The position numbers were made by a program, and so were the translations under genes. A stretch of 64,000 nt of DNA from Promethearchaeati archaeon (GTDB taxonomy: Archaea; Asgardarchaeota; Heimdallarchaeia; Heimdallarchaeales; Heimdallarchaeaceae), in the NCBI GenBank assembly GCA_013166775.1, contig JABLTJ010000013.1:4071-68070 (forward strand). The letters are read 5' to 3'. Of the stretch, positions 35,853 through 45,862 are shown piece after piece (within the stretch, counting starts at the first letter, position 1; every line of letters begins with the position of its first letter). The notes under the pieces were generated by a model. The model had not been told where the DNA came from. It did no database searches and worked only from the letters and a program-made list of their open reading frames with translations.

Positions 35853-36667
35853 AATGGAGAAGAATTTGGGCGATGGTTAAAAAGGACATAAGAGAGTTTG
35901 TCAAATCTAAATACGTATTATCAGTAATTATCTTGATGCCTTTGTTTTTTGCGATATTATTTCCGATTACTTCAGTTCTTCCAATTGCAAAACTTGATCC
36001 TGCAGAATTTGGAGATGAATCAATTGGTGGATTCGTAGAAACTATGTTCAACAAGGTTATAGATAATTGGGAAACTCTTCATCCTCAAGTCCAAACCCTT
36101 GTTTTATTGTCGTATGCAATGTTTATAGCTGTGCTTTTACTACCTATTATCATTCCAGCTGTTACAGCTTCTGAAACAGTTGTAGGAGAAAAAGAAAGGA
36201 AAACAATGGAAGCTATTCTAGCATCTCCTATGTCTGAATCCGAAATTGTAATCGGAAAGATTATTTCTTCCTTCTTACCTTCAGTAATAGGAACTCTGGT
36301 TGCATCAATTGCTTACATGATATTCATTGATATTTTACTCTATCCACATCTAGGATTTATACTGTTTCCTGATTTACTCTCTATGGTGTTCGTATTTATC
36401 ATAAGCCCATTAGTTTCAATAATTAGTGTAGAATTGATGATTATGGTTTCAACTAGAGTAACAAGTGTAAGAGATGCTTATCAAATAGGTTCACTAGTTG
36501 TTTTGCCATTGATAGGACTTATAGTTTTCGAGATGCTTGGATTGTTATTAAACTCTGTTGCAACTCTGTTAGGAAGTATAGCTGTATTGATAATAATTAT
36601 AATTGGTCTATTCAAAATAGCTACAAGTATATTCGACAGAGAAAGGGCAATTGTAAAAATGGTTTAA
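35849..36667 (+). CDS. ABC-2 type transporter permease
   Basis: 272 aa with about 6 hydrophobic helices. Its ATG overlaps the stop of the ATPase gene as ATGA. Confidence 0.7.
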   Translation: MKWRRIWAMVKKDIREFVKSKYVLSVIILMPLFFAILFPITSVLPIAKLDPAEFGDESIGGFVETMFNKVIDNWETLHPQVQTLVLLSYAMFIAVLLLPIIIPAVTASETVVGEKERKTMEAILASPMSESEIVIGKIISSFLPSVIGTLVASIAYMIFIDILLYPHLGFILFPDLLSMVFVFIISPLVSIISVELMIMVSTRVTSVRDAYQIGSLVVLPLIGLIVFEMLGLLLNSVATLLGSIAVLIIIIIGLFKIATSIFDRERAIVKMV

Positions 36668-36693
36668 ACAAAAAATGAAAAGAAATAGGTACC

Positions 36694-38685
36694 CTATTTC
36701 TTCTTCTTTACTATAACTGAAATTACTACAATAGCTATCATAATTACATAAGACTCTAAAGCTGATTTATTTGGATTATCTGGATTCAGTGGATCATAAC
36801 TATTTTCTACCTCTTCTCCGTCAGATATACCATCACCATCAGTATCATTGTTGTTTGGATCTGTGAGATGGATTAAAACCTCATCACCATCAGTTAAACC
36901 ATCAGCATCTGAATCTTTTTCTGTTGGATCAGTTTCATAATCATTAACTTCGTCTCCATCTAAGAGTCCGTCTAAATCAGTATCATTGTTGTTTGGATTA
37001 GTAAAATAGACTTGCACCTCTTCACCGTCTTTCAATCCGTCTTCATCTGTGTCATCATTCTTTGGGTCTGTTTCATATTCATTAACTTCTTCGCCATCTT
37101 TTAATCCATCACTATCAGTATCACTTTTCATTGGATGTGTATTAAGAGCATATTCCTCAATGTTAGTTAAATCATCGTCATCTGGATCTTCAGCAGAATC
37201 ATCATTCCATGGATCAAGGTTCTTTTCAACTTCCCATTTCGGGTCCATTCCATCGTCATCTGTGTCTTCCAAAGGATATAAATCTGAAGTTCCTGCAGTT
37301 CCTCCGATTGGATAATCTCCTGTACCTGACCAATCATCCCAATAATTTCCTTTCTCTGTACTTGTATTATACCATATATTATCTAGTCCATCATCTTTTA
37401 CCTGTGTTCCACCATTGTTATTTTCAATGAAGATATTTCTATAGATTTTATTGTTGTCTGAAGTATCTCCCCAACCGGCAAGGTTAATCCCATGCTCAGT
37501 ACAGTATTTGATTACATTCTGATAAATTTCACAATAATTTGATTCAGCAAAATACATTCCATATTGAGTACTGGTTTCAATAAAATTATTTCTTATTATT
37601 ATATACTCAGACATCGGAAGATACATTCCATATTCCCAATTATCTTTACATGTATTGTTATCTATAATACAGTAAGTAGACAAATCAACATAGATTCCTA
37701 TATTTTGTCCTTGGCAAAGATTATTTCGGATAATAACATTACTAGAGAATTCATAAACATATATCCCAAAATCTCCATCTTCATCATATTGATTGTTTTC
37801 TATGATAACATTTGTTGATTTATGCACAGTAATAGTTCTATCTTCTAGTTTATTATGAGCAATATTTACATTATTAGAACCCGTTACTTCAATACCACAA
37901 TAATTATTTTCAATAATCACATCATTACAATAGAAAAGAAATATTCCCTTAGAAGGAGATTTCATCTCTTGATTTATTATTTGAATATCACTACAATCAA
38001 TTAGAAAAATCTGACCATAATCTGAAGCTGAAAAAGTTAGACTTGAATTACCAACAAACCAAGCTATAGGTTTTCCATTTAGAGTATTATCGTTGATTTG
38101 CATTGTCGAAACTTCAGATAAATCAACATCATACATGATACTAATTCCACCTTGAGTAAATTCATTATCTTCTATAACTACAAAGGGTGAATACTCAATA
38201 TGTATCCCACCCCATTCATTGTTTTCCAGTGTATTATTAGCAATTATTGCATAAGATGCACTATACAAAATGATTCCTCCGTGTGTATCCCTTATTGTGT
38301 TTTCCAGAATCTGGACAGTATTGAGTCCTACTGATGAAATATAAATTGCAATTGTAAAGCCTTCTATCAAACAATTTTGAATTACAAAATTTTTAGTAGT
38401 AGATGTTATCTCTATTGCAGTACCTGAATCAGCAGAGATATGATAATCCTCTATTCTGTAGGGATTACCTGGAGATCCATCTCCTGGGAATCCATATGAT
38501 ATGAAATCAGCATCGCTATCAATTTCAATCGGCAAATAAATTGTATATGTAAGATTCGAGGAATTATTTTCTTCCAGATAGGTTGCTAGATTTGTTCGTG
38601 ATAAAAGTGATAGATATAACATGAATAACAAAAAAACCAAAAAAATCGATAGTACTTTTTTTCCATTATTTCTTTTATTTTTCAT
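36694..38685 (-). CDS. Right-handed parallel beta-helix (PbH1/NosD-like) surface protein with thrombospondin-type-3-like Ca-binding repeats and a C-terminal TM anchor
   Basis: 663 aa with a signal peptide. About 300 aa of ~22-aa coils carry recurring N..x..GI(y/h/f) patterns (IENN, IRNN, IDNN). These are followed by DxDxDG repeats, a TM helix and KKKK. Confidence 0.8.
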   Translation of the reverse strand: MKNKRNNGKKVLSIFLVFLLFMLYLSLLSRTNLATYLEENNSSNLTYTIYLPIEIDSDADFISYGFPGDGSPGNPYRIEDYHISADSGTAIEITSTTKNFVIQNCLIEGFTIAIYISSVGLNTVQILENTIRDTHGGIILYSASYAIIANNTLENNEWGGIHIEYSPFVVIEDNEFTQGGISIMYDVDLSEVSTMQINDNTLNGKPIAWFVGNSSLTFSASDYGQIFLIDCSDIQIINQEMKSPSKGIFLFYCNDVIIENNYCGIEVTGSNNVNIAHNKLEDRTITVHKSTNVIIENNQYDEDGDFGIYVYEFSSNVIIRNNLCQGQNIGIYVDLSTYCIIDNNTCKDNWEYGMYLPMSEYIIIRNNFIETSTQYGMYFAESNYCEIYQNVIKYCTEHGINLAGWGDTSDNNKIYRNIFIENNNGGTQVKDDGLDNIWYNTSTEKGNYWDDWSGTGDYPIGGTAGTSDLYPLEDTDDDGMDPKWEVEKNLDPWNDDSAEDPDDDDLTNIEEYALNTHPMKSDTDSDGLKDGEEVNEYETDPKNDDTDEDGLKDGEEVQVYFTNPNNNDTDLDGLLDGDEVNDYETDPTEKDSDADGLTDGDEVLIHLTDPNNNDTDGDGISDGEEVENSYDPLNPDNPNKSALESYVIMIAIVVISVIVKKKK
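36766..37122 (-). repeat. Five tandem coding repeats (four of 23 aa, plus one longer terminal copy) of the DxDxDGxxDGxE type
   Basis: The copies are DTDSDGLKDGEEVNEYETDPKND, DTDEDGLKDGEEVQVYFTNPNNN, DTDLDGLLDGDEVNDYETDPTEK, DSDADGLTDGDEVLIHLTDPNNN and DTDGDGISDGEEVENSYDPLNP. Confidence 0.8.
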
Positions 38686-38791
38686 TTTTTTAACCCTTAA
38701 TATACTTTAAATATACCTAAGGTTTTGTTCTTTAATCTAATAAACTTTACGGGATTCATATTAATATCAAAATAAAATAAGATTTGTTTGT

Positions 38792-39733
38792 TTATTTCTT
38801 TCTTTTTTCCTTTCTTCTAATTTTCTCTCTTTCTTTTCTTTCTTTCTTATATTTCTTCAACATTAGCTTATCTAATTGCTCATCAGTTAATTCTGGAGGT
38901 TCAATTAGAGACTCTGGATTTTCTATTAGACTTTTGAAAAGTTCGATAGTTGGTCCTGTGTAACTTCCTGGCGCTATTCTATCATCAATATTGATTTTTA
39001 ACTCCATTACTTCTTTGATCTCTATTTCATCTGTTTCTTCATTAACAATTGGAGCTTTGTGGATTTTACCTAGTGTTATCAACAAGCTTGTTGTTCCAAG
39101 TTCAAAGAGATGATGATAAACTGCAGGTATGTTAATAGATCCTAAATGCGCAAGAAACACTGAAGCCCACATAGGTATATCTTTTGTTAGCGAATAGATG
39201 GGCATATTGCGATCATCTGTCCATTTCAAAAGCCAGAAAATGAATCTAATCAAAAATCTAGGCATTGCTCCCCAGAATTTAACATCTTCCTCGTTTTTAT
39301 TTACACCATAACGAGCTTCATATATTTCTGCGTTAATTATCTTCTGAACAGTTTCCAGAGTTTCAAAGGGATTGAATTCAATCATTGCATTAATTTCTTC
39401 TCCATCTTCAGTCTTTTCTTTTTTAACAACAAAAGCGAATAGTATTTGATTTCGTTGCCATAACCTTTTTCCAGCTACGAATCTATTAATTTTATATCTA
39501 AGAGCTATTGTTCTGACAGCTGCTGTAAGATAAATTTGAAACAATGTGAGCTTTTCTTCATCCTTTCGATTTTTGTTATATTCTTCTAAAAATTCATAAG
39601 TATGTGTTAGATCCACTTGAGTCTTAAAATAGATAGAACTATCTACTTTTCTTTTCATTATGTAAAATTCCATTTCATGGAATTTTGATGTTTTAACTAA
39701 TTCAGCATCAGGTCTTCTTGGCATGATAATCAC
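38792..39733 (-). CDS. Stand-alone E2/CAT-like acyltransferase-superfamily protein with a basic C-terminal tail (tentative)
   Basis: 313 aa. The N-terminal RRPDAELVK...MKRKVDS and the C-terminal block KINIDDRIAPGSYTGPTIELFKSLIENPESL resemble the (s)DHRxxDG...F...E.P block of 2-oxoacid dehydrogenase E2 catalytic domains, with Asp in place of His. The tail is KKYKKERKEREKIRRKEKRKK. Confidence 0.4.
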   Translation of the reverse strand: MIIMPRRPDAELVKTSKFHEMEFYIMKRKVDSSIYFKTQVDLTHTYEFLEEYNKNRKDEEKLTLFQIYLTAAVRTIALRYKINRFVAGKRLWQRNQILFAFVVKKEKTEDGEEINAMIEFNPFETLETVQKIINAEIYEARYGVNKNEEDVKFWGAMPRFLIRFIFWLLKWTDDRNMPIYSLTKDIPMWASVFLAHLGSINIPAVYHHLFELGTTSLLITLGKIHKAPIVNEETDEIEIKEVMELKINIDDRIAPGSYTGPTIELFKSLIENPESLIEPPELTDEQLDKLMLKKYKKERKEREKIRRKEKRKK

Positions 39734-39823
39734 TTATATCGCTAATTACTATTTAAATAGAAGTAACTTTTTTATGAGTAGAATCACTCTTATATATTTA
39801 TTTCTTCAAAAAAAAGAAGGAAA

Positions 39824-40324
39824 TTACCACTTATTGATGTGGATTTTCTCTTCATTGTAACGATCTGATGGTTCCTTTTCTTCTGCAGGATACCCAATTG
39901 GTATAATATTGATTGGAAAAACATCTGAAGGCATTTCTAGTAAATCTTGGAATGCTTTAGTTCTTCCCTCATTAGGGTAGATTCCGCACCAAACTGCTCC
40001 CAATCCTAATGCATGAGCTGCTAAGAGGATATTCTGTGATGCAGCGGAACAGTCTTGTATCCAAAAACCTTCTCGTACTTTCTTACTAGTATCACAACAC
40101 ACTACTATCGCAATAGGAGTTTCAAGAGTCATTTTTGCGTATTGATGGAGTTCTGGAACTTTATCTAGAATATCTCTGTCTCTTATCACTAAAAATTCCC
40201 ATGGTTGCATATTTCCAGCAGAAGGGGAAGCCATTGCTGCTCTAAGAATGGATTCTATCTGTTCCTCTGAGACAGGTTTATCCATGAATTTTCTAATACT
40301 TCTTCTTGTTAAAATATTGTCCAA
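39824..40324 (-). CDS. Nitroreductase family protein
   Basis: 166 aa with TRRSIRKF and SPSAGNMQPWEFLVI. Confidence 0.85.
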   Translation of the reverse strand: MDNILTRRSIRKFMDKPVSEEQIESILRAAMASPSAGNMQPWEFLVIRDRDILDKVPELHQYAKMTLETPIAIVVCCDTSKKVREGFWIQDCSAASQNILLAAHALGLGAVWCGIYPNEGRTKAFQDLLEMPSDVFPINIIPIGYPAEEKEPSDRYNEEKIHINKW

Positions 40325-40419
40325 ATAATCACCTTTAGAATTTTCTTTGTTCTATGTTCTATAAAAGTTTTGGACAGATAATAGTAAAACTCAAAAGTGA
40401 GTCTATTCTGTTTAGTGTA

Positions 40420-41352
40420 ATGGATATTGGTTTATCGATTCCTATAGTGATGTCAGCTGAAGAAAAGGAAGAATATGCTAGAACAGCAAAGGAAATAGGA
40501 ATTGATAGTATTTGGATTGGTGATAATCCTCCAGTAAACAATGCTTTCCTTGATATTGGAAGATTATTTTCTAGTGTTAAAGATTTGAACTTCTGGACGG
40601 GAATAACGTCTCCTTTCTATTATTCAGTTGAAGTTTTATTTTCCCTAAGTGTCTGGTTTGCTCGAAATTATCCAGGAAGATTCGGTCTAGGTTTGGGAAT
40701 CGGTAATATGGATATTATTGATGATGTGAGTATCAGAGCTCAACCTTTCAGCAACTTTAAGAAGGAAATTGATAGGTTATTACAAATAATTAGAGTAAGA
40801 GAAGAAAAACAGAATGAAGATGACTTTCCCCCTCTTGCTATAGGTGGATTAGGCAATAAAATGATGAATTTAGCATTCGAAACAGTAGATAATTTTCTCT
40901 TGAATAGCATATCAGTTTTTGATTTGGAAAGAACGATGATTCAACTAGAGGATAGTCTTCTTAGTGGTCCTAAAGGAACGAATATCATCCCCTATGGAAT
41001 GCTGCAAATCACAGACAAAACTGAAGATATGTCTCTTACACTTTGGAATATTGCTAAAGATATTGCCAAAAGCTGCTCAAAAACCATACTAAAATCTCAT
41101 GGATACTCAGCTCAAATGGTACAAAAAATACGAGAATTACCTAGGGAGAGGCAGTATGAAGTCCCAAAAGGAGAGATTGTTCAAATAGTCAATGATTTTT
41201 CCATTATTGGTTCAAAGGAAGAAATAATTGAAAGATTGAAAACCTTCAAACAATACAGTGAAAACAAGAAAATTCAAGGAATCGTATTCGGTTGGATCTA
41301 CTCAGAAAATCAATGGGATGAACTAAAAGAGATTGTTAGTTTTCTAAAATAA
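40420..41352 (+). CDS. Luciferase-like monooxygenase (LLM) class oxidoreductase, Mer-like, probably F420-dependent
   Basis: I prefer the ATG at 40420 (MDIGLSIP) to the track start at 40354. GIDSIWIGDN, GRFGLGLGIG and FSIIGSKEEIIERLK resemble the layout of Mer/LLM TIM barrels. Confidence 0.55.
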   Translation: MDIGLSIPIVMSAEEKEEYARTAKEIGIDSIWIGDNPPVNNAFLDIGRLFSSVKDLNFWTGITSPFYYSVEVLFSLSVWFARNYPGRFGLGLGIGNMDIIDDVSIRAQPFSNFKKEIDRLLQIIRVREEKQNEDDFPPLAIGGLGNKMMNLAFETVDNFLLNSISVFDLERTMIQLEDSLLSGPKGTNIIPYGMLQITDKTEDMSLTLWNIAKDIAKSCSKTILKSHGYSAQMVQKIRELPRERQYEVPKGEIVQIVNDFSIIGSKEEIIERLKTFKQYSENKKIQGIVFGWIYSENQWDELKEIVSFLK

Positions 41353-41355
41353 CCA

Positions 41356-42156
41356 TTAATTATTCTTGAGGAAATCATATAAAAATTCAAGATTTTTCCA
41401 GATAAAGGTTGGTTTAAAATTTGATTCATAAGCATCTTTTTCATTTGAATCTCCTGTTAGAACTAAAGCACTATAGGTGCTTGCAATATTTGCCATTTGT
41501 ATGTCTGTTTCTAATCTATCTCCTATGATTAAAACTTCTGATTTTTTGATATCTCTTCCTTTCATACTTAATTTAATCATGATATCGTTTGGTTTACCAA
41601 AAACCATATCAGGAGTTCGATTTGTAGCTTCTTTGAACATTTTCAAGAAAGATCCAACATCAGGAATCTTTCCATCATCAGTAGGACAGGTCTTATCGGC
41701 ATGAGTAGCATAGAAAGGGATTCTTTTATCTCTCTGGAGTAATAGGGCTACTGTTTTTATTTTGTCATAGGTTAATGTTTTATCATACCCCAAAACAATA
41801 GCTTCAGGATTTTCAGAGTTTTGTTCTATTCCATTTCTTTTAAATTCCTCTACCATCAGAGGTGCTCCTACAATGTAGCTAGAAGAAATGTTTTTTTTCT
41901 TGAGATATTCAATTGATGCTTGAATAGAAGTAAACAAATTGGAATAATCAAGTTCAATATCTAATGTTTCCTCTAATCTTTGTTTGTTTTCTTCTGGTGA
42001 ATAGGAAGAATTATTAGAAATTATAACAAAATCCATTTCTTTCTCTTTCAATAATTCAAGCACTTTTGTTGCATATAGTAATGGCTGTGAACCTAAAAGA
42101 AGCGTTCCATCAACATCGAAAATAAATAATTGGATTTTATTAAGAATAACTTCCAA
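41356..42156 (-). CDS. HAD-IIA family phosphatase (NagD-like)
   Basis: FIFDVDGTL is motif I, ISNNSS is motif II, GKP carries the motif III Lys and IGDRLETDI is motif IV. Confidence 0.85.
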   Translation of the reverse strand: MEVILNKIQLFIFDVDGTLLLGSQPLLYATKVLELLKEKEMDFVIISNNSSYSPEENKQRLEETLDIELDYSNLFTSIQASIEYLKKKNISSSYIVGAPLMVEEFKRNGIEQNSENPEAIVLGYDKTLTYDKIKTVALLLQRDKRIPFYATHADKTCPTDDGKIPDVGSFLKMFKEATNRTPDMVFGKPNDIMIKLSMKGRDIKKSEVLIIGDRLETDIQMANIASTYSALVLTGDSNEKDAYESNFKPTFIWKNLEFLYDFLKNN

Positions 42157-42174
42157 CTTAATAGCCTCTATAGA

Positions 42175-43665
42175 TTATTCTTTAGGAGTCTCCTGAATAT
42201 CTTGCTCTTCATCAATCTTTGTTTCATGCAAATCCTTAGTTTCTTTTTCTCTTGAGAACAAGTTCTTGAAGAAAGCTTGTGTTCTCTTTGCTCCAGATAC
42301 AGTAACTTCCTTTGTTTTATTATAAGCTGGAGTTAATCTTTCTTTTACTGTCGAAAATGCACTTACTTTTTGTTCTCTTTCTTTCAAGATTTTATTTGCT
42401 GTTCTTCTATTTCTCATTTCATCTGCAAAGACAGTCTTTTCTATTTCATCAAGTGTTGCTAAGATTTGTTCAATTTTTTCAGTGCTCAACTCTTCTCCTA
42501 ATGGCAGTTTAACTAATCCCAATGGACTTAATTCAAACACTGGAAAATTACCCTCTAAGAGCGCTAATTTGAGAGTACCTTTCAACTTAATACTTGACTT
42601 CAGATGTATATCTTTCTCTTTTATTGTCATTAATTTAAGATTAAATACATCACCTTTTGATTTTATCAACTTGTAGGTTTCGTGAATATCTTCACCCTCA
42701 GAATCAGCTATAGTTCTTATGGCATTTATCCATGAAATCTTTTTTTCAAATAAAACCAATCTTTCTTGTAGTCCTTCCTTTATTGAAAATAAAGACGTCT
42801 TGTTTATTTCAAATTGTTGTTGAAGTTCTTTGAATTTCTTTGAGAACTCTTTGGTTATACCCCTTCTTGGTAGACTAACTCTGAGATTGTTCATTTCTTC
42901 TAGTTTTAATCCAGCTTTTGATGCATAATTATCAGTTTTAAGTATCTGTTCACTTGATTTGTCAATCTCAAATTCATTTGAAACAACATTTCCTTCCTCA
43001 ACTAGTTTTTCAGCTTCTTCTGCTAGAATCTGCATTCTACATGTTCGAAGAATTAATTCATACTCACCAAGTTCATTTTCCACTTCTTCGAGTTTCTCAT
43101 TCAAATACCCATAAAATTCTGATACATCAAAAGAACCTGAAGAAAGTTTTTGGTATTCATCCCTGAGAGCACCAAGTTTTCCTACAATTTCTGAAATAGT
43201 TTCCTCGTAAGCTTGGCTTTTTGCTAGAATTTCATCTAGAGATAATCCTTTCAAGAAAGAAAGCTTACTTCGTATTTCTTTCTTTATTGTTGGAATTGTC
43301 TCCTCTATGTGTTTCTTTCTTTTAGACATAAGAATAGTATCTAATCTTTGAGAATCTCCCTGTAATCTGCTTTCAGCTGTTTCTAAATCTGAAAATAGAT
43401 TGAAAACCAGTTTGTTTAGAAGATAGTCATTGAAATACTTTGTAGCTATTTTTTCAGCTTCTCGAACAAGAGGAATAACTTTAACTAGATGTTCATTGAT
43501 TCTGATGTAATGATAATTTATCTCCTCAAAAGTATAGAGAGTACTGTTTTTTAACATCTCTCCAGTAGTTTGAAGATCATGGTTAACAGTTTTTAATAAT
43601 ACATCAGCTTCAGATTTGACTTCTTTAACCTTCTTAGGAAGAGGACGAAGTGTTCCGGGTATCAT
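42175..43665 (-). CDS. Uncharacterised 496-aa predominantly coiled-coil protein directly downstream of rad50
   Basis: Long heptad-like E/K/L-rich stretches with no nucleotide-binding or nuclease motif. An acidic tail (DEEQDIQETPKE) is present. It lies 54 nt after the rad50 stop and 18 nt before the HAD gene. Confidence 0.6.
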   Translation of the reverse strand: MIPGTLRPLPKKVKEVKSEADVLLKTVNHDLQTTGEMLKNSTLYTFEEINYHYIRINEHLVKVIPLVREAEKIATKYFNDYLLNKLVFNLFSDLETAESRLQGDSQRLDTILMSKRKKHIEETIPTIKKEIRSKLSFLKGLSLDEILAKSQAYEETISEIVGKLGALRDEYQKLSSGSFDVSEFYGYLNEKLEEVENELGEYELILRTCRMQILAEEAEKLVEEGNVVSNEFEIDKSSEQILKTDNYASKAGLKLEEMNNLRVSLPRRGITKEFSKKFKELQQQFEINKTSLFSIKEGLQERLVLFEKKISWINAIRTIADSEGEDIHETYKLIKSKGDVFNLKLMTIKEKDIHLKSSIKLKGTLKLALLEGNFPVFELSPLGLVKLPLGEELSTEKIEQILATLDEIEKTVFADEMRNRRTANKILKEREQKVSAFSTVKERLTPAYNKTKEVTVSGAKRTQAFFKNLFSREKETKDLHETKIDEEQDIQETPKE

Positions 43666-43719
43666 GAACTATAGATAAACCAGCCGAGTAATAAATATTA
43701 TTGAGAAGGAAAAAATAAA

Positions 43720-45852
43720 CTATCCTTCCGATTCTTCCTCTATTTCAGTTGTAGAAGGATAATAGTTAGCAACACTACCAGTTTTTGTTGACTGGATTGT
43801 AATTAGCGGAGCTCTAAATCTTCTTCTTATATTTGTGTGAGTAATAAGAAATATCTGGGAGAATTTCTTTTCAGCTATCAACCCTTCTATCACTTTATCT
43901 CTTCTTTCTTCATCTAAAGATCCAAGAGGTTCATCTAGAACAAGAACATCCATTTTGGGAGGTTGATAGGGAGATGTTTTCAGAGGTCTTATCCGTTTGA
44001 GAAGATCGCTTATACCGATTCTTAAACCCAAACCTATTGCAGCTTTGTCTCCACCTGAAAGCAGATTCTGACTCTTAACAAAACCAGATTCTTCATCCTT
44101 TATGCTCATAACTAGAGTTTTTTGTCTTGTAGGTTCAAGGTAAAGTTCCGAATATCTACCTCTTGTAAACAAAAAGATATATGCACTTGTAGATCGTTGG
44201 ATATTAGCTAGCATCTTATTTGAGATTAAATCTTCTGCAATAAATCCTTCAACATATTTCTGAACTGATTGTATCAAAGCTATCTGATAATTTATTTTTT
44301 CTATTTCCTCTTCCTTCGCTTTATTCTCCTTAATTTGCTTTTTTAATTGAGAATTCCTTTCATGTTTCTCTTTTATGCTAACAATTTTATTCTTTTTATC
44401 TTGTTCCTTAGAAATTTTATTTTGACTTGTTTGATTAACTTGATCGTAGAGCTCTTCAAAAGAAGACAAGTTGTAGTTTTTAGCTAATTCTTCTGTTGAT
44501 TTAGCTTTAAATCCTTTCAATGCATCAAGTATACTCTTTTCCAAATCCTTCTTTGATTTTTCAATTCCGTTAAGCTCAGTTAAGTCCTCTTTTATATTTT
44601 CCACTTGATTCTTATTTTGAATTGTTTCTTTATTTTCTTGTTCAATCTTCTTGATTTCCTCTTCTTTTTCCTTTATTTCATCAGATTTCTTTGAAATTCC
44701 TTTTGTTAAAATAGGTATATTTTGTCTTGATAATTCCAGTAACTCTTTCAGTTTAGCTTCATTAATTTCTTGTTCACACACTTCACATGTAGGATCCTTA
44801 TTTTCCTCTAATGATGCACTTTCGAGACTTTTCCTTCTGTTTGAAAAAGTTTCTAACTCAAGTTCCAAATTGATTCTTTCTTCACGTAAAGAGTTTATTG
44901 ACTCTCTAATCTGCTCTTGACTCTTATTCAAGCTAACAATTTTTTTGTCAAATTCCCCAATTTTCGATTCTACTTCTTTATCTGATATTGGGAGAGTTAG
45001 ATCATATTTTTTAGATAACTGTTCAATTGAACGTATTTTAGATAAAATAATATTCTCAATGGATAGAACTTGATTAGATAATCCATCAATATCCTTCAAA
45101 TCTTTCAATTCTGGCAGTTTTTGGAGAGTATTTTCTAATTCATCTATTGCTTTCTCTATTGCTTTTACATTTCTTTTGGTAACTTCAATAGATTCAGTTA
45201 TTTCTTCTAATTCTTTCTGAATATCCTCTGTTTCTCTAACTATTCTTTTCTTTTCTTTTTCTTCTTCAAGAACCGATTTTCGTTTCTTCACTACCTCAAT
45301 AGCTTTGTCTCTGTAGTAATCGAGTTGAAAAAGCTCATAAACTATATCTCTTAATTCTGCTCCTTTTGCTTCTGCTAGAGCTTGAACAGAACCTTGACGA
45401 ACTACAAGTGTATTTAGAATCTTCTCTTTGTTGATGTTAAGCAGAGATGTAATTTTCTTTTCTACATCAGGTACACCTTCGCTAAGAAGCTTCTGATTGG
45501 TTGATAAACCAACTAGAGCTTTATCTCTATCGATTTCCATTAAACTTGCTAAAACAGGCTTTTTCTTCCCGTGTTCCCTTTTAATCAAATAGCATTTGTT
45601 ATCAAGTTCAAATGCAACTTCAACATCAGTTTCTGATTGACCTCGTTTGATCAAATCCTCTTTATTTCCTAATTCTTTTGTAGTTGTAGGATCATAGAAT
45701 AATGCATAGAAGATTGCGTCAAATAAGCTTGATTTTCCTGTTGAGTTTTCACCCTCTACAAAAAGAAGTCCTTCTGGAAAAATCCCTTGTTTAGGGATTT
45801 GAACCTCACTATAGCATTTGAAATTTTTAGCAGAAATCCACAATATTCTCAT
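43720..45852 (-). CDS. rad50: Rad50 ATPase (short-arm form)
   Basis: Walker A is GENSTGKSS. The central zinc hook is PTCEVCEQ. The signature is LSGGDKAAIGLGLRI, Walker B is VLVLDEP and the H-loop is FLITH. 710 aa. Confidence 0.85.
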   Translation of the reverse strand: MRILWISAKNFKCYSEVQIPKQGIFPEGLLFVEGENSTGKSSLFDAIFYALFYDPTTTKELGNKEDLIKRGQSETDVEVAFELDNKCYLIKREHGKKKPVLASLMEIDRDKALVGLSTNQKLLSEGVPDVEKKITSLLNINKEKILNTLVVRQGSVQALAEAKGAELRDIVYELFQLDYYRDKAIEVVKKRKSVLEEEKEKKRIVRETEDIQKELEEITESIEVTKRNVKAIEKAIDELENTLQKLPELKDLKDIDGLSNQVLSIENIILSKIRSIEQLSKKYDLTLPISDKEVESKIGEFDKKIVSLNKSQEQIRESINSLREERINLELELETFSNRRKSLESASLEENKDPTCEVCEQEINEAKLKELLELSRQNIPILTKGISKKSDEIKEKEEEIKKIEQENKETIQNKNQVENIKEDLTELNGIEKSKKDLEKSILDALKGFKAKSTEELAKNYNLSSFEELYDQVNQTSQNKISKEQDKKNKIVSIKEKHERNSQLKKQIKENKAKEEEIEKINYQIALIQSVQKYVEGFIAEDLISNKMLANIQRSTSAYIFLFTRGRYSELYLEPTRQKTLVMSIKDEESGFVKSQNLLSGGDKAAIGLGLRIGISDLLKRIRPLKTSPYQPPKMDVLVLDEPLGSLDEERRDKVIEGLIAEKKFSQIFLITHTNIRRRFRAPLITIQSTKTGSVANYYPSTTEIEEESEG
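44776..44787 (-). other. Rad50 zinc-hook CxxC
   Basis: Codons TGT GAA GTG TGT (C356-E-V-C359) sit at the mid-point of the coiled coil. Confidence 0.75.
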
Positions 45853-45862
45853 ATTAATCCCC

